Shown here in pieces: positions 13,101-24,654 of a stretch of DNA of 64,000 bases. The notes under the pieces are model-generated. The model had not been told where the DNA came from. It saw only the letters and a list, made by a program, of their open reading frames with translations, and made no database searches. Source of the DNA: Enoplolaimus lenunculus. Lineage: Eukaryota. A program made the position numbers and the translations under genes. The stretch is from positions 186,001 through 250,000 of the forward strand of contig JASANG010003696.1 in the NCBI GenBank assembly GCA_030248215.1, read 5' to 3'. Numbering within the stretch: the stretch's first letter is position 1; every line of letters begins with the position of its first letter.

Positions 13101-14977
13101 TGTTTCTGTTCCAGCAAAAGAACTAAAATATAAGCCCCCATTTTTAAGGGTTCTAACACAACTACAGAAAATTTTTGGGGAATATTGTAAATAAAGCGAT
13201 GAAAAATCGCGATTCCGATACTCGCAATCGGATTCAGAACTAGATTTGAATCGGAGTTTCATTTGCACCTTGGAATTTAGCAAACATAATGTGTTGCGTA
13301 ACGTACTGTAATCCGTACAAGCAAAGTAGGTTATATAGCAGGGGCGACGGCGCGACGGGATATCCGGAATCGGCTTAACATAAGGGAAAAACCTATATCA
13401 GTATCCGGTATGAACCAACCAGATTTCGGACATATCTGGTTCAACCTGGTACAGGGTGCAACCGGAATTACAATTTACCGGAACCGGAACCGGAATTTGA
13501 AAATTTTACCGGAACCGGAAAATGAAAAATGCATTTCACCAAAAATTTCATTTTAATCTTATTTTTTGCTCTATTATTTGTGAAATAACCTTAGTCGAAC
13601 ATAGGTATTTATTTTATTTGCTGTATTTTAGATTTTCATCATCGACTGAAGTGAAATCCACCATCAATGGCTTATATTCGGAGTACAAGTGGCTTTCAAA
13701 AGAGATTCTTAAAAATTAGCAAAGTTAAGAAAACGGCCAAATTATAATACCGGAATTTTTAAATCCGGTAAAAATTTACCGGAACCGGAACCGGAAGGTG
13801 AAAAATTGCCGGAACCGGAACCGGAACCGGAATTCCGGTTGCACCCTGACCTGGTATATTGTGAATCGTTCTGTACAAGACCTACTTGTACCGGCCACTT
13901 CTGTTTTTACTAGATTAGGGCATGGTTGAAATTTCAGATGAATTCCTTTCTACATCCTACAATGGGCGGTCTCGGTTGAAAACTGAATATTGACTACCGA
14001 GACTTGCCAAGAACGTCTCGGTCAATATTTGATCATCACCAAAAAATTAAATTTTTCAATATATATATAAATTATTTTCTAATGCTTTTTTCGTATTTTT
14101 TATGTTTTTGACATTTTTGTGTTTTTTCAGAAAATCTGCTCGCAATTATTGCGTAACTATGAAATTTCATAATTTCACAGAAAAATTTTATTCATAAGCC
14201 ATCAGGTACTTCCATTGCTTGCACCCTACTAATCAGTGGAATAATTTATAAAATCCTAATTAAGGTTAAGGATCAAGCAATTAAGCTAACATGCAAATTT
14301 AGTTAATAGCTACCTATTCTTTTATCAGTTTTGGAGGTTTGTTAATTTACTAAGATTCCTCGCAGGCAAAAACCCTTCAGTAGCCCTAATAATTAGTGAA
14401 ACAGTATAATGATTCCGACTAGTAGGTTCCGGTGAAACACTGACGCATAGGTATGTCACCTAAGCTTCTAAAAACCAATTTACGTTCACCTTCGGCATTA
14501 ATTTTTTCAGTAACAAAAAATATTTAGGTTGTCAATCAATCTCGTAGAGGTATCGCTCCGTTTAAGACGGCGTAATATCAGTGATCAGTCCTTTTATATA
14601 TACCTGTTTTTGAGCAACAGCATTCTGCACCCTGGCAGCAGTTTCTTCTTTCAAAATCTGTTCTTTATGTTCTTCTTCAAGGCGGTCGAGCTCTTCCTGC
14701 TCCCGCACAGTCTGTTCCAATTGACGCGCCAATACCTAAACCCAAACTAACGTGACTTTATTAAAGCAACGATTTTAAGATTGATAAGTATTTGCAATCA
14801 CAGTCTAACCGTAAATCCATCTATGTCAAGAAAATTCGCCTAACGTTGCTATATTCCACACTACGCAAGTTTTAAGACTAATTTACGTACCTGAACGTCT
14901 TGCACGCCAACCTTCTTCCGCTTGTTTGCCTGTTTGGCTTTCTTTTTAGCAAAAAAGCTGTCAAGATCGTCTGCCAT
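10104..14977 (-). CDS. CDV3: CDV3-like protein, 6 coding exons, 433 aa: complement(join(10104..10635,10997..11378,11656..11732,12549..12640,14604..14735,14891..14977))
   Basis: Manual splicing gives GT-AG introns with consistent phases (0,0,2,1,2). N-terminus MADDLDSFFAKKKAK resembles the CDV3 'LDxFFAK' motif. EDSEWIEYTEEVDVDLGKLNIKD resembles the CDV3 'EWxE..VDxxxL' block. Also KYRPPH, PNLSDAMQFPSL and C-terminal NRFSEL. Exons 5 and 6 match ORFs 10993..11388 and 10104..10634. Confidence 0.85.
13452..13848. mobile_element. hAT-type MITE (~400 bp) in CDV3 intron 2
   Basis: TIR CAGGGTGCAACCGGAATT, perfect 8-bp TSD ACCTGGTA, CCGGAA subterminal repeats. Confidence 0.9.
14230..14400 (+). repeat. 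Solitary degenerate copy of the 175-bp satellite unit found at 50330..51680
   Basis: Shares AAGCTAACATGCAAATT, GTTTTGGAGGTTTGT and GATTCCTCGCA..AAAAACCCTT with the array. Confidence 0.65.
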
Positions 14978-15546
14978 TTTCAGTACAATCAAGTACGAAA
15001 CACAACAATTTCTTTACTGCTATATACAATTTAACAAATACCAGTATCTAACGACAGAGTCTTTACAAGTAGCGAAATGCATATGACCGATTATTAATGC
15101 ACTAAAATAATCATAGGCTATATGAAGAATGCTCAAACTCAAAACATATAAAGCTGCCAATTTTTATCGGAACCTAATTGGAGCGGTACCGTACGCATAT
15201 TAATACATTAAAACACGCTTCAATTTTGTCAAATTATTTCAGAGAAACTTATTCACAATAAATAGCTTTGAAAGCAATTTAACCATTTTAAAAGTTACTA
15301 CGTACGTAATTATTTTGATTGCTCCTTCAGGGATTCATGCAAAAACTGAATTCCTAAGCTTTGCAGAGAAAATCAAATTTTGATGAAAGGTCAAATTTCG
15401 GTAGAAGATTAAATTTGGACACTGAGTACAAAAATTTTCAAGCATACTATTTCCAGCTATTCCACACCTATTCTGTTTCTGTTGTTAGGTGGGGGACATT
15501 TCATGTAAACAGCAGCGGTATAGAAATACGTACAATATCCGCCAAC

Positions 15547-15937
15547 CAGGGTGCAACCGGAATTACAATTTACCGGAACCGGAACCGGAATTTGAAAATT
15601 TTACCGGAACCGGAACCGGAAAATGAAAAATGCATTTCACCAAAAATTTCATTTTAATCTTATTTTTTGCTCTATTATTTGTGAAATAACCTTAGTCGAA
15701 CATAGGTATTTATTTTATTTGTTGTATTTTAGATTTTCATCATCGACTGAAGTGAAATCCACCATCAATGGCTTATATTCGGAGTACAAGTGGCTTTCAA
15801 AAGAGATTCTTAAAAATTAGCAAAGTTAAGAAAACGGCCAAATTATAACACCGGAATTTTTAAATCCGGTAAAAATTTACCGGAACCGGAACCGAAAGGT
15901 GAAAAAATGCCGGAACCGGAATTCCGGTTGCACCCTG
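15547..15937. mobile_element. hAT-type MITE, near-identical to 13452..13848
   Basis: Same TIRs and body (identical spurious 65-aa ORF), different perfect 8-bp TSD CCGCCAAC. Confidence 0.9.
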
Positions 15938-16762
15938 CCGCCAACTACGAAAAACATTGTATGATCCAATGTGTGTCGGTAATACCGGAATATGAAGTTG
16001 TTACAATTTATTGCGTGGTGTAGTGGTAACATGCTTGACGTCGAGGTTCGCTTCCCGGCGTCATCCTTAACACTGGGCAAAATTTCGAGTAGGGTTAAGG
16101 CAGACCGTGCTTTTCCAACACGGAGGTTCCACCGAGATGGGCACTGCAAACAGCAACCCCATAGATTCCAATAGTTAAATTCATGTCAGTACTTGGTGTA
16201 TGTGCACGGTGAGTGTGCGTAAAGCATATATTGCCATACATGTGTGCATATACCGAAATATGCAGTTGTTGCAATCGATGCCATGGTGTAGTGGTAGCAT
16301 GCGTCAGTAATTTGGGTACAGTCAACTTCGAGCAGAGGTCGTGTACACCATGGTATTCCAACTCCAATAACATAATATCATAGACGTATCCCGCAATTGC
16401 AAAGCTTCACCAAAACTATTTAACAATAATGCTGTTGTTGGTAAACTTTTCAATTTTGAAGACGAATTGCATTCTGTGTGATTTCGGGTTCTGTTACGTA
16501 CTGGTAGAAATACGTGAAGCACCAATAAAGTCAACCCATAATTTTCCTTTTTTTCGTCGGCTCAATTTCTTTTGTAAGCATGTGACAAGACATGCTTGTC
16601 CTGGTGCATATGCAATATATGTAATGCATATTGTGTAGTACAGTTTGCTCGCAAGCAGCATACGGTTGACACAGTCAGCAGAAACGTAGTTGGAGGGGAG
16701 CTACGTGGCGCAGTGGTACGCTAGTCTGAAACCACCCGTAACCCACTTTTCCAGCTGCTAAC

Positions 16763-17122
16763 CAGGGTGACAACAAAGTTTCGGATTCGGGAAATATTTC
16801 AGGTTCGGATTCAGATTCGGTTGTGGAAAAGCTGAATCAAAAAGCCGAATCCAACAAAGTTCGGCATGTTTTTTCATTTTTAAGCAATAAAATTTATAAA
16901 TACCCTGCTATAAAAATCAATATTTTTTTATTTCAGGTGAGAAATCTCAGAACTGACGTCGGGACGAAATATATTGACGTATTAAAAGTTATACGGCTGG
17001 CATTGCGTGATATTCTGAAACAAATTATAGATATCTCTGAAATTTGCAACATGCAGGATTCGGATTCGGCAAATTAGCACTGGATTCGGATTCGGTCAAA
17101 TCGTGGATTCGGTGCCACCCTG
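16763..17122. mobile_element. hAT-type MITE with GGATTC subterminal repeats
   Basis: TIR CAGGGTGAC / GCCACCCTG, perfect 8-bp TSD CTGCTAAC (16755..16762 and 17123..17130). Confidence 0.85.
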
Positions 17123-18222
17123 CTGCTAACTTAAAAGGCCTGAGTCTGGAGCCCCGGTTCCTACCTAGACTGACATCTCTGTTTCCTTCAAATTCCATGT
17201 TTCCTTGACACGTGCGTACAAAAAAGACAACCGGTTTCTGTTCCTGCCTCCTGTGAAACATAGTTCCTGTTGGAACTCTGGCAGCCATATGTTGACATCA
17301 CTTGATTAGATTAGCTGAGCCTCTTTCGAGAACCCTGCGAAGCCACGCAATTGAACAAAACAGAAAATATTCCACTAGCTTGGTATCTATGAGGACATAC
17401 ACGTTTTTGCACAGTAAAATTACCGAATAAAGTTAGAAAAGTGTACATTTTAACTGCAACCAATTAGCATTGCAGACTTACAAAAAATCTGTTCGAAATG
17501 AAAAACACCTAATATCGTCTGTGCGACATATTTCAGAGCAAACAACAACTTAGATATCAGTTTTATGCTTTAGGCTAAGATAATATGTTAAAATAAAAAT
17601 TTGTGTATAAACCAATGTACCTCCAGATAGAATCTGCTCTAAACTCGCATTTGAACACGAGAACCTTGTATTTAAAGCGTTTACTATACACTGATCGGTA
17701 TGAGAGCATGAAGATTTAGAGACAGACAGTACTCTCCCTATCTCATCGTCATAGATTTCACACAACGCTACCATTTTTACTATTAGTCTGGGTTCTCCCC
17801 TTCATAGCTGGCGGCCTCAAAAAATGAAATCAAACTTATGAGTACGTTTATATCACATCGCGCACCGTTGTTCATGTATTCTGTTCAAGCAACACTAAGT
17901 TAAAAACTTCATAAACTAAACTTTGTATACAAACGCAATTCAAAATCTGTCGAATATGCGGCAATTTTTTTCTTTTTTTTAAAGGATTCAATATCTGGGC
18001 CATAATTCTCAAACATCTCTACCAATTTACATTAGTTGGCGATATGTCTTGTGGCATTCGAGCTATGAATGGTGGGGTCCCAAAATAGTTCGTTTTTCGT
18101 TTTGATTTATTCTAACTGTGTACCAATTGTAAAAACCGCAATTACAGGAGTTTGTCGACAGCTCGAAAACGTATCGCTAACCACCAAGCTTCAACTTTAG
18201 CTCATTCAGGATTGATCATCAT

Positions 18223-18235
18223 GCTACCTAGCAAC
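18223..18235 (+). promoter_or_regulatory. RFX/DAF-19 X-box-like site upstream of B9D1
   Basis: GCTACCTAGCAAC, close to the RFX consensus GTNRCC(N)TAGCAAC, ~850 bp upstream of the B9D1 ATG. Confidence 0.5.
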
Positions 18236-18262
18236 ACAATAACTGCCAATGAGCAATAAAGA

Positions 18263-18275
18263 GTCGCCTAGCAAC
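18263..18275 (+). promoter_or_regulatory. RFX/DAF-19 X-box upstream of B9D1
   Basis: GTCGCCTAGCAAC matches the RFX X-box consensus. B9D1/mksr-1 is an established RFX-regulated ciliary gene. Confidence 0.65.
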
Positions 18276-18645
18276 AGTAGTAAACGGTCACACTTTAACA
18301 AATGTTAACGTCGATAGCTTACCTGAATCTCCAGCGCTCTATTTCTGACTCAATTGAACGCTTAATTTGTTTTATGCTTTTCCTAGTGTTAGGTTAAACT
18401 AAACATTAGGTTAGGGTTTCAATTTTATTACATATATATGTTTTATTTTATATACGTAAAGGTCTAAGTGGATTTTAGGGATACTTGTAGCAACCAAGGG
18501 CGTTGTCCTGGAAGCTGTGGGTGATTTTTGTTCGTGATTTTTCAAGGAACTCTAGTCGGTATACGCATGACACTAATATTTGATTGTGAAAAATTTAAAC
18601 ACTTTTTGAACCAGTGAATGTAGATGTTTGAAATTAATATACTTA

Positions 18646-18856
18646 GGCCCATGTAAAGATTAGGGGCGGAGAATTTTTCTGTGGGACGAAAATAGAGTAA
18701 GCTTAACCTTTAGACTAATTTTTTGCTTGGCTTAGGCTTAGGTTTAGGCTTAGGCTTTTAGGAATATGATTATTCTTAAGCTTAAGGTTTAGGCTTTAGG
18801 CTTAAGGCTTAGGAATATGCTTTTAATACTCTCCCGCCCCTGTTTTTACATTGGTC
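18646..18856. mobile_element. TTAGGC-containing MITE, family A, between the X-boxes and the B9D1 ATG
   Basis: GGCCCATGTAAAGATTAGGGGCGGA...CCGCCCCTGTTTTTACATTGGTC TIRs with internal TTAGGC repeats. Confidence 0.8.
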
Positions 18857-19083
18857 CATATTTTTCGCATTTGGCTTGTCGTATTCCTATGTTGACCGGC
18901 GCTATACGGATTTTAAAATATGGACCCTAGTTTGCAATTTGACTTAAATGTTAATTTGTTGTATATCAAAAGCTTGAACGATAAATGCAAAGAATAACAA
19001 TCAATTGAAAATGACAAATTACTTAAAATAAATAGTTTTTTAATAAAATTAATCTTGCATATTAATTGTCTCTCGAAGTTCGA

Positions 19084-22000
19084 ATGACCGAAACATCCGG
19101 ATTAGACGCCAATGATGGATCAGTGTTTTTGGTGATGATCACTGGCCAAATAGAAAACGCTCAGGTATGATACGATGCTACAGAACAGACAATAATTCTG
19201 TGATAATAGCCAAAATTTAAGGCATATAACTTTAAAGGCCATTTCGAGCGAGCTGAAAACCGTTTTTGGCCGCCCGTAGGTACTTTAGTGACCCGAATAA
19301 GAGTGGAACTGTGGTTATAAAAGTCCTGGATCGTCATTTCGCATCTGAATCAATAGATGTAGAAATCCCGATAAGAGCCTGTAATCGGACAAAGCGCAAA
19401 CTTTCTAGATCGGGTTCATAATTAACAGTTTAACCCATTTATACACTGTAACAAATGGCTAGTCAAATTGACTTTCTCCGAAATAGGTTTTTCCGGACTG
19501 CACAAATTGAGTCAAATTCGACTCCGGCAGAGTCAAATCAACTCATTCGTGTCGCTCAGTGAGTCGACTTCGCCTCTGGCGGAGTTGAATTTGACCCAGT
19601 TTGTGTAGTCCCGAAAAGCCTACTTCAAAGTGAGTCAATTTGTCTCACCATATCTTGCAGTGTGTAAACGGTTCCTGGACCAAGTAACGTTGAGTAGTGA
19701 ACACGATTATGGAAATTTTTATAGAACGTAAACCCTCCAACTTTTCAAAATCCTGGCTACGGATAAACAGAAAATTGATTAATACTGATAAATTTAAGTG
19801 ACTTGAACTTGACTTTAGAACAGAATTTAAACTGTAACTGGTTTTTGTAGTAGTTATTTTAGTACACGTACACTAATTCCTAATTCCAAAAACCGTGTAG
19901 CCTCTGGTTCCCACTTTTCCCAAAACGGGAACAAACCACAGTAGCGCAGATTGGGCAATAATCGGGCTAAAAATGTCAAAACTTTATGAAAAATACCCTT
20001 TTTATTAAAAATAACTAAAGCATTTTGTTTTCGTGCGAAAAAAATTTATTCGGGAACAAATGGGTTAATAACAGTAATAAGGGTGGAAAAATAACAGTAT
20101 TGCCCATGTAAAGATTAAGGACGGAAAGTTTTTCTGCGAAACTGCAGTAGAGTCAGCTTAAACTTTAGACTAATTTTTTGCTTTACGCGAAGGCTTAGTC
20201 TTAGGATTAGGCTTAGGAACATGCTTATACCACCATTGCGGATCGGTTCTATAAACATTGGTCGAAGGTATGCTAAAGACAATTAATTGTATTTTTCATA
20301 ATCACTGCAGAAATAAGGCTTGCAAAATTGAAATTTCGTAGAATTTATATAAAAAATATTAAATCGCTTCTTTGTTTATTGACAAATTTATATATTTCAG
20401 TTTGCCGACATCCCAAATGTCTACTGTAAATACTATTTTGTGTACGGTACGGACTGGAGTATTGTTTCTGTAAGTGACCACGACCCACGTAAACATCAGG
20501 GGCGGTCGTTTTTTTCTACGGCACTGTATAATAGAATAAGCTTAAGCTTTAGATATTTTGTGCTTAGGCTTTAAGACATCGGTGTAAAGCTCATTCTTAC
20601 GCTTAGGTTTAGGTTTAGGAATATGCTTTTATTACTGTTACGGCCCTGCTCTATACATTGGTCGTGACCCCTAAGAGCCGAGAATGTTTATTTAAACAAC
20701 GATATGCAACTTTACCAACGAATTTGCGTAGCACAAAATGTTTTTATTTTCAGACTTTTTTGCTAAACAATTTCCGTCGTAGCTGGCCCGTATAACCAGC
20801 TCCATTTGTCAGCAGGAGAACCATTTTATAGGAGAGGCAAACGGTAAATTTCACAAGACTTAAAAGCAGGCTAACACTTTTTGGGGTGACTAAATCTTTT
20901 CTGCGGGAGCTAAGCAGCTGCCGACCCTCGCTTTTTACAGGTTCGTCATTGTAGGCTCAATTTCAGGTTCAGATTCATTTTTTTCTCACATTTACATCTA
21001 AGACAGAAATCTTTAATGAACATATATACCATGATAAAGCCTGAGTATTTATACCCGACCGTCCTTAGCTGTGTTTTTCAAAATTTTCTTTCCATTTCAG
21101 AAAACAAGCAGATTATGCTAAAGTAATATTGGATTATCCTAAACCAAGTCTTAATATTCAATGCACTTGTAGTAAAATGCGGGCCTGGAGCCAAGTGGGC
21201 GGCCAGGGTGGCTTAGCCCCCCTTGGAAAATATTTGGCCACCCTAGAAAGTTTTCAACCTTGCTTGTAAGTCATTGAATACCCTTGAATACCCGTTCTGA
21301 AATAGTTTTATCCCCTCCTAGCAAGGTGAGCTGGTTACGTGCCTGGTAAAATAACAGGCTGTTGGGATAAACTTTGACCATGAAAGAACCTAACGAACAA
21401 TGAATGGTTTAGACGTCCTCCGGGACAACGAGTTTGTTTTTGATCTGAAAACAGCAGCTTTAAGCCACGTTTAAGACACTAATCATTCTGGCAAATTCTC
21501 GCTGAAGTAGTCTTAGCTTTAATTGAATCTGAATTTCGACGTGAAGCCCGAAAAGCTGATACTGCATAAGCGAGCAGTTTGGTATCGGTTATTAACGCTT
21601 TTCTCTACTGCTAAGTGGATATTATAAGTGGATATTATACAATGTACCTTTGTGTGAATTGATTTTAATTCAGAATGAGTTGATGCACTGAGTCTGAATT
21701 AGATTTTTCAAAACTCAGAATTAGAATTAATTGAAATCATTCTGCATTCAAGCACTTTTCATGTTTGAGGGTATAACTCACGCCCGCTGCCATGCTCACC
21801 CTCATCGAGGACCCGAACATATTTTACCAGGGCATGTGGTTAAACAACGAGTATATACAACCGGGGCTAAATCATTGGTTTGAGGAGACAAATTTGTTTT
21901 TGTGGGGGCTGCTGAGCCCTCCCTGGCCACCATCTGGCTACGACGACCACCCTGGAATGACTTTATTTAAATGAACTGCAATTTTAGGGAATTGAAGAAG

Positions 22001-24538
22001 GATTATCGCAAGTTGCAAAAGCCAACGACGCAGTCCCAGCGGTCGTTGAAGCGTATACGCCTTTGACATCTTCCGATCCACTGCCATATCTTAGCGTTTA
22101 TTCGCTGAACTTTCCAATTGAACTAACGCTCAAATCATCGAATCCATTCGGATGTAAGTTTTCGAAACGATGGTTGCAGTCCGGTAGCCAGCAACTTCAA
22201 CCGTTTGTAGTTGTTGGGCCGCTAATTTGCGTTTGGTTTCATTATTCGCTACTCTCACGATGTATTTTGACAGCATATTGTGAACGCCGGTATCGGAAGT
22301 TTCCGGAGTCAACACTGAGAAAACCTCGACTATAACTTTGAGGTAGACGCTGTAAAACTATGGAAATTCCTTTCACTTTAGTGACTGCATGCTAAACACA
22401 AAACGACAAACCAGAGTAGTAACGGTTGCGCTATACTCGCCGCACGCCGCCGGACGCCGCCGCGCGACGTTGCACGCCGCCGGACGCCGCCGGACGCCAA
22501 CGTGCGCCGCTGTACGCCGCCGGACGCCGCCGCGCGACGTTGCACGCCGCCGGACGCCGCCGGACGCCAACGTGCGCCGCTGTACGCCGGGGCGCGGCAC
22601 GCACGCCGGCGTGCGGCGGCGTGCGGCAGCGCGCGTCGGTGTCCGGCTCAGTAAAGTATAGCGCAAGCCTTTATGGGCAATTGAGTTAAACATTGGCTTA
22701 ATGTTAAAGGTAATCTTAAGTTATGCTTCTGTAACCCCAGTCATTATCGAAATAAAATGTTGTAATGCCAAAATAAGTTAGTATTTACTATGTATTTGAG
22801 CATATTTTTCTATTTCTAGGGCCACAAATTGTTATCAGTTGCTATGGGACAGATTTAATTGGTAATGATGTAGTGCGTGGATACGGTGCCGTACGTGTGC
22901 CTATTAGTCCTGGAACGTAAGCTTTCAAAATCATTGATTAGCATACGGTAACCCGTGGTCTTCAAAAATTTTGATATTCCATTAAATAGACCCGTTTGCC
23001 GGCTTCAATAGAGTTTAGTTTGTGATATCTTTGAAGTAAAATATTTTTTCATGGCTGGCTACACCAGGCCCGTAGCCAAGTCATCTTGCTAGGAGGGCTA
23101 AAAAGTTTTCAGAACCGGCATACAAGGGTTTTCGATGACTTAATACGAGCAAGGTTAAAAAAACTTGTAGGGTGGGCCAAAATTCATCCAGGGGAAGTGT
23201 AGCGCCCCCTGGCCGGCCTCTGACTACGAGCTTGGGCTACACTCATACAGAATTGAGTTTTGTACCGCTCCTGAGTAAAAAATCATGACTTTTCGCTCGC
23301 TCAATAACGCCCCGTGTTGAATTTCAGGAAATCTATTCGTGTTCCCATGTTTGTTCCACAATCCTCATCACCGTTTCAACAATTTATGGCTTGGGCCCTT
23401 GGCCGACGGCCTGAGTTTATCGATCCACGTATTGTCGCTCAGGCAGACGGACGAGAAGGTAAACTGTGCAACGTTCAGTTGCAAATATAGTGCATACTGC
23501 ATTTACGTGCCGTTCACAATAATTTTGTCAACGATGTCACAAAATGTTTTATAGCGCTCGACAACACAAAATCTTGGTTCAGAGTGATATGCGAGCTTGA
23601 CTCGTTGCTATATTGAGGCAACTAATAAAAGCTAAACATATCTTTGTATGATTTTTAGTCAGTCGAGGGGGTACAAAAGATTGATTGACACGACCCCCAG
23701 TGTCCCCTATGAGGCCGTTCGAATACCATGAAAATTGTTGATTTGCATTTTGCTTACCGGTTTCGTTACTGATATTAATGGCTGTTACCGTGTTTTCCTA
23801 AATTGTGCACTATTTAGATTAAATTAGGGAACTAAAAACGTTTGATATCCTGTTAGCTTATTCATTTTTGATAACATTTTCTTTTCCACGTTTTGGCTGG
23901 TGTTCAAAATTTTCTGATCACAAATCTCTGCCGACGGCACTCCACCGCAGCTCCTGGCAGGCTCGTCACTGTCGCGGTGACCCTCAGGGTGGCGCTATAC
24001 TATTGATGACGACCGGCGCCATCCGTTACCTGTACAGCGCCGTCCGTCACCTGTACAGCGCCGTCCGTCACCGTACGGCATCGTACGCAAATTACTTGAC
24101 GGACGGTTACGCACGGCGCTGAACGGTTACGGATGGCGACGGACGGCGCCGGACGGTGCTACACGACATGTATAGGACCACCCTATTTCAATAGGATGAC
24201 GTCATTTTTCAGCAACCCGGGTTCGAACCCTAGGCTTTGTGACAGTGACATTCCACGTTGTCGTCAAAGATATGAAACGTCTCGGATTCGACACTCAACA
24301 GCAATCAGTTCGCATGATCAGCGAATATCCGTTGCCGTCGACTGGATTTTCAACCGCAGCTCAACGAAGGGTAACTTTATTAGCCAATCCTATAAGCCTA
24401 TTAAGCCTAAGTTTAAGCTGAAACCTAAGCTAAAAAAGCATAATCTTGAGTCTAAACCTAAACCTTAGCCTATGGTGTAATTCATTGCAGCTGCCTAAAT
24501 ATCGAATACGCTGTTTCCAACCGAAGGCAATTGGTTGA
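19084..24538 (+). CDS. B9D1: B9 domain-containing protein 1 (mksr-1 ortholog), short form 249 aa: join(19084..19164,20401..20469,21988..22153,22820..22916,23328..23458,24213..24370,24491..24538)
   Basis: Spliced translation gives [140 protein letters not shown], which is diagnostic of B9D1. All introns are GT-AG with consistent phases. The terminal exon choice is uncertain. Confidence 0.92.
19444..19662. mobile_element. Palindromic CACTG-ended MITE (CMC/CACTA-like) in B9D1 intron 1
   Basis: CACTGTAA...TTGCAGTG ends, extended inverted symmetry with GAGTCAA/TTGACT repeats. A partial copy lies at ~58385..58470. Confidence 0.6.
20101..20263. mobile_element. TTAGGC-containing MITE, family A
   Basis: GCCCATGTAAAGATT...CATTGGTC termini and family core. 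Confidence 0.7.
20482..20663. mobile_element. TTAGGC-containing MITE, family A, 12 nt into B9D1 intron 2
   Basis: Family termini, TSD GTGACCAC/GTGACCCC. Confidence 0.8.
21180..21345. mobile_element. ~165-bp hAT-type MITE (CAGGCCCGTAGCCAG family)
   Basis: Reverse-oriented family body, TSD GTAAAATG/GTAAAATA. Confidence 0.7.
22423..22669. mobile_element. GC-rich PIF/Harbinger-like MITE with a 10-bp (CGGACGCCGC-type) minisatellite
   Basis: TIR GGTTGCGCTATACT / AGTATAGCGCAAGC, TAA at the left flank, relative at 26843..27116. Confidence 0.7.
23065..23234. mobile_element. ~165-bp hAT-type MITE (CAGGCCCGTAGCCAG family)
   Basis: TIRs with a perfect 8-bp TSD GGCTACAC. Confidence 0.8.
23986..24184. 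mobile_element. GC-rich Harbinger-like MITE just upstream of the B9D1 exon 6 acceptor
   Basis: TIR AGGGTGGCGCTATAC / GTATAGGACCACCCT, internal CCGTCCGTCACC repeats in inverted arrangement. Confidence 0.65.
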
Positions 24539-24654
24539 ATGGGATCAGGCTGATGTTCAGTCATACGCTCTCTTCTCAAACTTGGCAGGCAGACCCTGAT
24601 AATAAACATGGGTTAAACCTGTTAATTGCCAGAATTTTTGAGTGCAAATTTCAG

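Noticed and set aside
13522..15820. Duplicated 65-aa ORF (MKNAFHQKF...) as a gene pair
   Set aside because: Both copies lie wholly inside the two near-identical hAT MITEs, with no recognisable domain.
15940..17880. Additional gene between CDV3 and B9D1
   Set aside because: Short ORFs in several frames, with no consistent splice model or recognisable domain.
22373..22693. Arg/Ala-rich ORFs here and at 26797..27128
   Set aside because: They arise from GC-rich 10-bp repeats in Harbinger-like MITEs.
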